This document shows, piece by piece, positions 59,320 through 64,000 of a stretch of 64,000 bases of DNA. A program made the position numbers and the translations under genes. Position 1 is the first letter of the stretch. Every line of letters starts with the position of its first letter. Below the pieces are notes generated by a model that saw only the letters and a list, made by a program, of their open reading frames with translations, ran no database searches and was not told the DNA's origin. Origin of the DNA: Phoronis australis (lineage: Eukaryota; Animalia; Phoronida); assembly GCA_002633005.1 (NCBI GenBank), contig NMRA01000353.1, forward strand, positions 411,532-475,531. Reading direction: 5' to 3'.

Positions 59320-60040
59320 TGCATTCTGGGAGGATGAAGATGCTATGTGGGCCGGTTGAAGGGACTTACTGCTGTACTAACTGTGCCCAGTACTTGCATG
59401 TGTACATTATGATCTTTGAACTTTGTCTTCTTTGGTGTTAATGCAACTATAAGTTACCTAATATTAAAAGGTTCTCATAAAACACAAGACTGTGAGAAAT
59501 GGCCATGGGTTACAAGGGAAGTGTGTGATCACACTAAGCTTTTCCCACCAGTGTCTTGGCTTTATTTATCACAATCGAGTCGATGCTGAATGAAAAGTTT
59601 GAGATGCACCAGATAGTGCTAGTAAAACAGTGGTTCTGCTTGAGTATCAATATGTGTATTCAAGTAGTTATGCGAGACCTCTTTTCCAGGAATGCTTTGT
59701 TGCTTGTGAACAGTGATAAATTCTTGCCTTATTCAAGTAATAAAGATCATTTCTTGATTAACGGCAGCAAGTGATTGTCAAGTTACCTGTGGTATCATGT
59801 TTATTTATCAATAGATAGTCGAGGTGTGTAATCAATGGTATTATTTACTTCAAGTGTGTTCATTTACGCTGTCCCGACACATACTTTACGAATATTAAGA
59901 TAAAATTAAGGGGAAATATTTGCTCAGTCTATTCAGGGTGTCCCAGAAGTATTGGCAATCAAAATGAGGGACACAGATAACTAGATGTCATTTCTGTGGA
60001 CATTGGAAGGCGCACATCAAAACTGGGTTTGCCCACTTTT

Positions 60041-60200
60041 CTGGTCTGAAGTGATATTGCAGAGATAGTCAATTTAGTGACTGGTCTGAAGTGATATTGC
60101 AGAGATAGTCAATTTAGTGACTGGTCTGAAGTGATATTGCAGAGATAGTCAATTTAGTGACTGGTCTGAAGTGATATTGCAGAGATAGTCAATTTAGTGA
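60041..60200. repeat. 40-bp tandem repeat x4 in the probable SYAP1 3'UTR
   Basis: CTGGTCTGAAGTGATATTGCAGAGATAGTCAATTTAGTGA. Confidence 0.95.
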
Positions 60201-61137
60201 CTAGGATGAAGACTCCTTTTCTAAACAACGCCAGTAAACGCTGGTTTGTCACGCAGGTGTGCAATTATAAGTTTTGCTGTCCAAACAAACTGAAAATCCT
60301 GGTGGGGATTTCCTCCTGGGTGCATCCAGAAATCATCCTTTTCAACATGGTTGGATATTTTTCATTCATCAATGCCTAATTAGTACCAGCTTGTACAAAC
60401 CATTCAAGCTATAAGGCTAGCCTGTATCCAAATACCAAAGCAGCAAGGACAGATTTAACTGTTTATCATGTTTGGACATATTTGCAGAGAAGTCAATGCT
60501 CTAAGAAGAGCATGACTTGGAAGGAACACGATGGTTCAAGTGTGATCTGCATGGAAGGGCCGGGTGTGGGCATTTCAGGAGAAATTAGTTTTAACTGTTG
60601 TGAAGCAGTTATTCATAATATTANAATTCAGTGACTGGTCTGAAGTGATATTGCAGAGATAGTCAATTTAGTGACTGGTCTGAAGTGATATTGCAGAGAC
60701 AGTCAATTTAGTGACTAGGATGAAGACTCCTTTTCTAAACAACGTCAGTAAACGCTGGTTTGTCACGCAGGTGTGCAATTATAAGTTTTGCTGTCCAAAC
60801 AAACTGAAAATCCTGGTGGGGATTTCCTCCTGGGTGCATCCAGAAATCATCCTTTTCAGCATGGTTGGATATTTTTCGTTCATCAATGCCTAATTAGTAC
60901 CATCTTGTACAAACAATTCAAGCTATAAGGCTAGCCTGTATCCAAATACCAAAGCAGCAAGGACAGATTTAACTGTTTATCATGTTTGGACATATTTGCA
61001 GAGAAGTCAATGCTCTAAGAAGAGCATGACTTGGAAGGAACACGATGGTTCAAGTGTGATCTGCATGGAAGGGCCGGGTGTGGGCATTTCAGGAGAAATT
61101 AGTTTTAACTGTTGTGAAGCAGTTATTCATAATATTA
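60111..61137. other. Probable false duplication around the single N at 60624
   Basis: 60111-60623 is nearly identical to 60625-61137. Confidence 0.8.
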
Positions 61138-61978
61138 CTTGGTTTATTATATTATTATCGAATTGAGGGAAGCTGCTTGTATGTTTTCAGAGACGAGAAG
61201 AAGACAAAACTCTTTGTGGACTGATCATTATTGGAAAATTTCTCTAAACCTGTTTTTCAAGATAAAGTTTTTTGAACGCTCAGAAATTACACAAGAAAAA
61301 CTCAAATGTTGTTTTAATTCACGAGTATTCATACTGCCATTTAAAGTGCCTGTCCATTCAAACTACAGGTGTCATTACTTATCAGACACACTGTTTTCCA
61401 TTCAGTTTTCCATTCCCATTGTCTTCATGTTAATAATTATTTACTCCATAGCAGCATTGTTCTTGACTAGTCTGAAAAATGTTTTGGCATCTTCTTTGCC
61501 TTGGTGTCAACTAACTTGGTAATATTTGCATTCTTACTAAAATTTGTAAATTAAATGACTGTTGGTGGGGGTAATGTGAACCAGAACTTTGCACAGTGTA
61601 CTGGAGTTATTGGTGTTTGTGTTGTTTAAATGAGCCTGACTGGTTAGGTCTTGTTACATTCTTTCATCAGTCAGTTAATATGTAATTATATCTCTTCATG
61701 TTGGTGTTGTATTTCTTGGCGAGGATATGTATTATACAACATGGCTAATTGAATACATCGTTGCTTGCTGTCATCATGACCTATTCCTTACATTTTTCTT
61801 TGGCTCCATTTCAAAGACATTGCTGAAGGAGGTGACTGATCTATTTGAAAGCAGTTGGCATAGGTAGACAAGTTTACACCTGTATACTTGTATCACTAAT
61901 GGCATGGCTGCAAACATTGGATAGGGTCAGCAAGACACAGACACCTTCCTGAAGCCGATGACTATGTTGCACTTAACT

Positions 61979-64000
61979 TTTTTATGCACCCACATATTTA
62001 TATGTGGTCGCATATTGCCGTCATCTCTGTCCGGCGTCCGCGGCTGTATCTCCTAAATCCCTTGCAGGATCGAATTGAAATTTGGCAGGTGTGTTCCTAT
62101 GGGGTCTACAACAGAGGGCGACGAGTTTCGGACCAACTCGAATACCGCTGTGCCCCCTAGTGGCAATTTTAGTTTTTTATGTTTGTCTCTGTATCTTCAA
62201 AGGTCTTCGACAGATTTTCATGAAATTTGGTATATAGGCATCTATTAATGAGTTGATTTGATTGTTTTGATGGATTTTGCGCCATCTAGTGGCCATTTTT
62301 AATATTTTCGAGTCGTTTTTTGCCGTCCGGAACTCTAACAACCAAACCACTCTAAGGATGATTGTGAAAATTGGCGTGTATGGTCTTAATATGAAGAATA
62401 CAGTTGACGATGATTTTCTGATGACTTCGACTACTGTGGCGCCTCCTAATGGCAGTTTTGTTTGTTTTTTGCGCCCATGGCTGCATCTCCTAAACGCTCT
62501 ACAGGATCTTTATTAAATTTAGCAATTGTATTTATATAAAGTTGACAACAGACGACGACGACTTAAGGACAGATCGGTTTACCGGTGTGCACCCTAGTGG
62601 CAATTTTAGTTTTTTACGTTTATCGCTGTATCTTCAAAGGTGCTCAACAGATTTCCATAAAATTTGGCACATAGACATCCAGTAGTGAGTTGACGCTAGC
62701 CATTCATCTTCGGATTGATTCAAGGTTTTTACGCCACCTAGTGGCCATTTTTGTTGTTTTTGAGTCTGTTTTGTGGCGTTTGTATCTCTGTCAACCAAAC
62801 CTCTCTAAGGATGATTGTGAAAGTTGGCATGTATGTACTTTCTATGAAGGGGACGGTTGCCGATGATTTTCTGATGACTGACTACTCTGTCGCCTCCTAG
62901 TGGCGGTTTTATTTTGTTTGCACCCCTACCTATATCTCCTAAGCCCTCTGTAGGATCTTTATTAAATTTAGCANGTTTTTGAGTCTGTTTTGTGGCGTTT
63001 GTATCTCTGTCAACCAAACCACTCTAAGGATGATTGTGAAAGTTGGCATGTATGTACTTTCTATGAAGGGGACGGTTGCCGATGATTTTCTGATGACTGA
63101 CTACTGTGTCGCCTCCTAGTGGCGGTTTTATTTTGTTTGCACCCCTACCTATATCTCCTGAGCCCTCTGTAGGATCTTTATTAAATTTAGCATATGTATT
63201 TATATGAAGATAACTAGAGAAGAAGACGACTTTCAGACTGATCCGATGAACATTGTGCCCCCTAGTGGCAATTTCGTTTGTTTTTTTTGTTTTCCTCTGT
63301 TTCTATGAAGTTCCTCTGCGAATTTTAAGTAAAGTTGGTAAATGGCTTTCCTTTAAACAGAAACGATGACATTTTTTGTTGTCAGACGGATTCGATGTAT
63401 TTTGCACCATCTAGTGGCCATTTTAATGCACAAGTAAACAACCCTAAAAGCACACCATTTGCGATGCATTCGTGGTCGTATTTCAATGCTCTGCGTTGCT
63501 CTTGTCTTCATAAACGCAACAGTCAGCTAGCAAGTTTTGTAAAGCGCATATGTTACCTAACCCTTTTGAGGTTAGGTATGTGTTGTGCTGGCTCGGGCCC
63601 ATATAACAATTCTCTTGGTTTAAAATAAAGAACAGCAGTGAGCGAATTTTAATTTCGATTTTGAAATATAGTCCAAGGAACTATCAGCATATCACTGTTT
63701 GGTTATAATGGAACACTGTATTTTCCTTCTTCAGTAGTTGACGTACAAGGAGTACAGGAAGCGACGGAGCTGAGTGACATGAGCAGTATCAAAGAAGTTC
63801 TAGCTCGATTGGGTAATGGTCGCTGACGTCTTTAGCCTGAAATGAACAATTTGTCATAATTTTCGCATCTGCAGCTGTATCTACTACGCCCCTCGCAAGA
63901 TCACAGTTTGCAAGTCTATTCCAATTCACTTGACTAGACATCAGGTGGACGGATTCAACTACCGCTGTGCCTCCTAGTGGTCATTTTTTGATGCCTGCCT
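61979..64000 (+). mobile_element. Helentron-associated (HINE/DINE-1-like) element with internal degenerate tandem units
   Basis: T-run then ATGCACCCAC...GTGGTCGCAT inverted pair, GTCC-type microsatellite, then recurring units containing (C/T)CTAGTGGC and AAATTTGG. Other fragments at ~26650-26900, 31700-31870, 37030-37330, 38300-38520, 49590-49930. Classified by structure only. Confidence 0.6.
62755..63192. other. Probable false duplication around the single N at 62974
   Basis: ~218-bp near-identical copies abut the N. Confidence 0.75.

Overview
Eukaryotic, metazoan genomic DNA (probably a marine invertebrate, judging from the intron-rich genes and repeat types; the species cannot be determined). 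It is a draft assembly with two long N gaps and four single-N joins. Two spliced genes lie head-to-head with only 256 bp between their start codons. One is a 12-exon taxilin gene on the minus strand (41154->18503, about 565 aa). The other is an 8-exon SYAP1/Sap47 BSD-domain gene on the plus strand (41411->59319, about 387 aa) that appears to need two GC-AG introns. The first 18 kb is a nest of decayed transposons: a near full-length frameshifted Gypsy/Ty3 LTR element (6208-13015) with an Academ-like TIR element inserted in it, and several CA-ended TIR elements with 5-bp TSDs. The introns carry Tc2/pogo-like TIR elements, tRNA-derived SINEs, LINE tails, Helentron/HINE-like repeats, a Penelope fragment with a decayed minimal hammerhead ribozyme, and many unrelated short tandem duplications. 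One of these is a ~12-copy minisatellite made from a SYAP1 exon-intron junction. I found no CRISPR array, rRNA or intact tRNA gene, and nothing I can claim as a wholly new system. The best leads are the splice-donor minisatellite, the SYAP1-taxilin linkage with its compact promoter, the GC donors and the possible non-canonical LTR termini.
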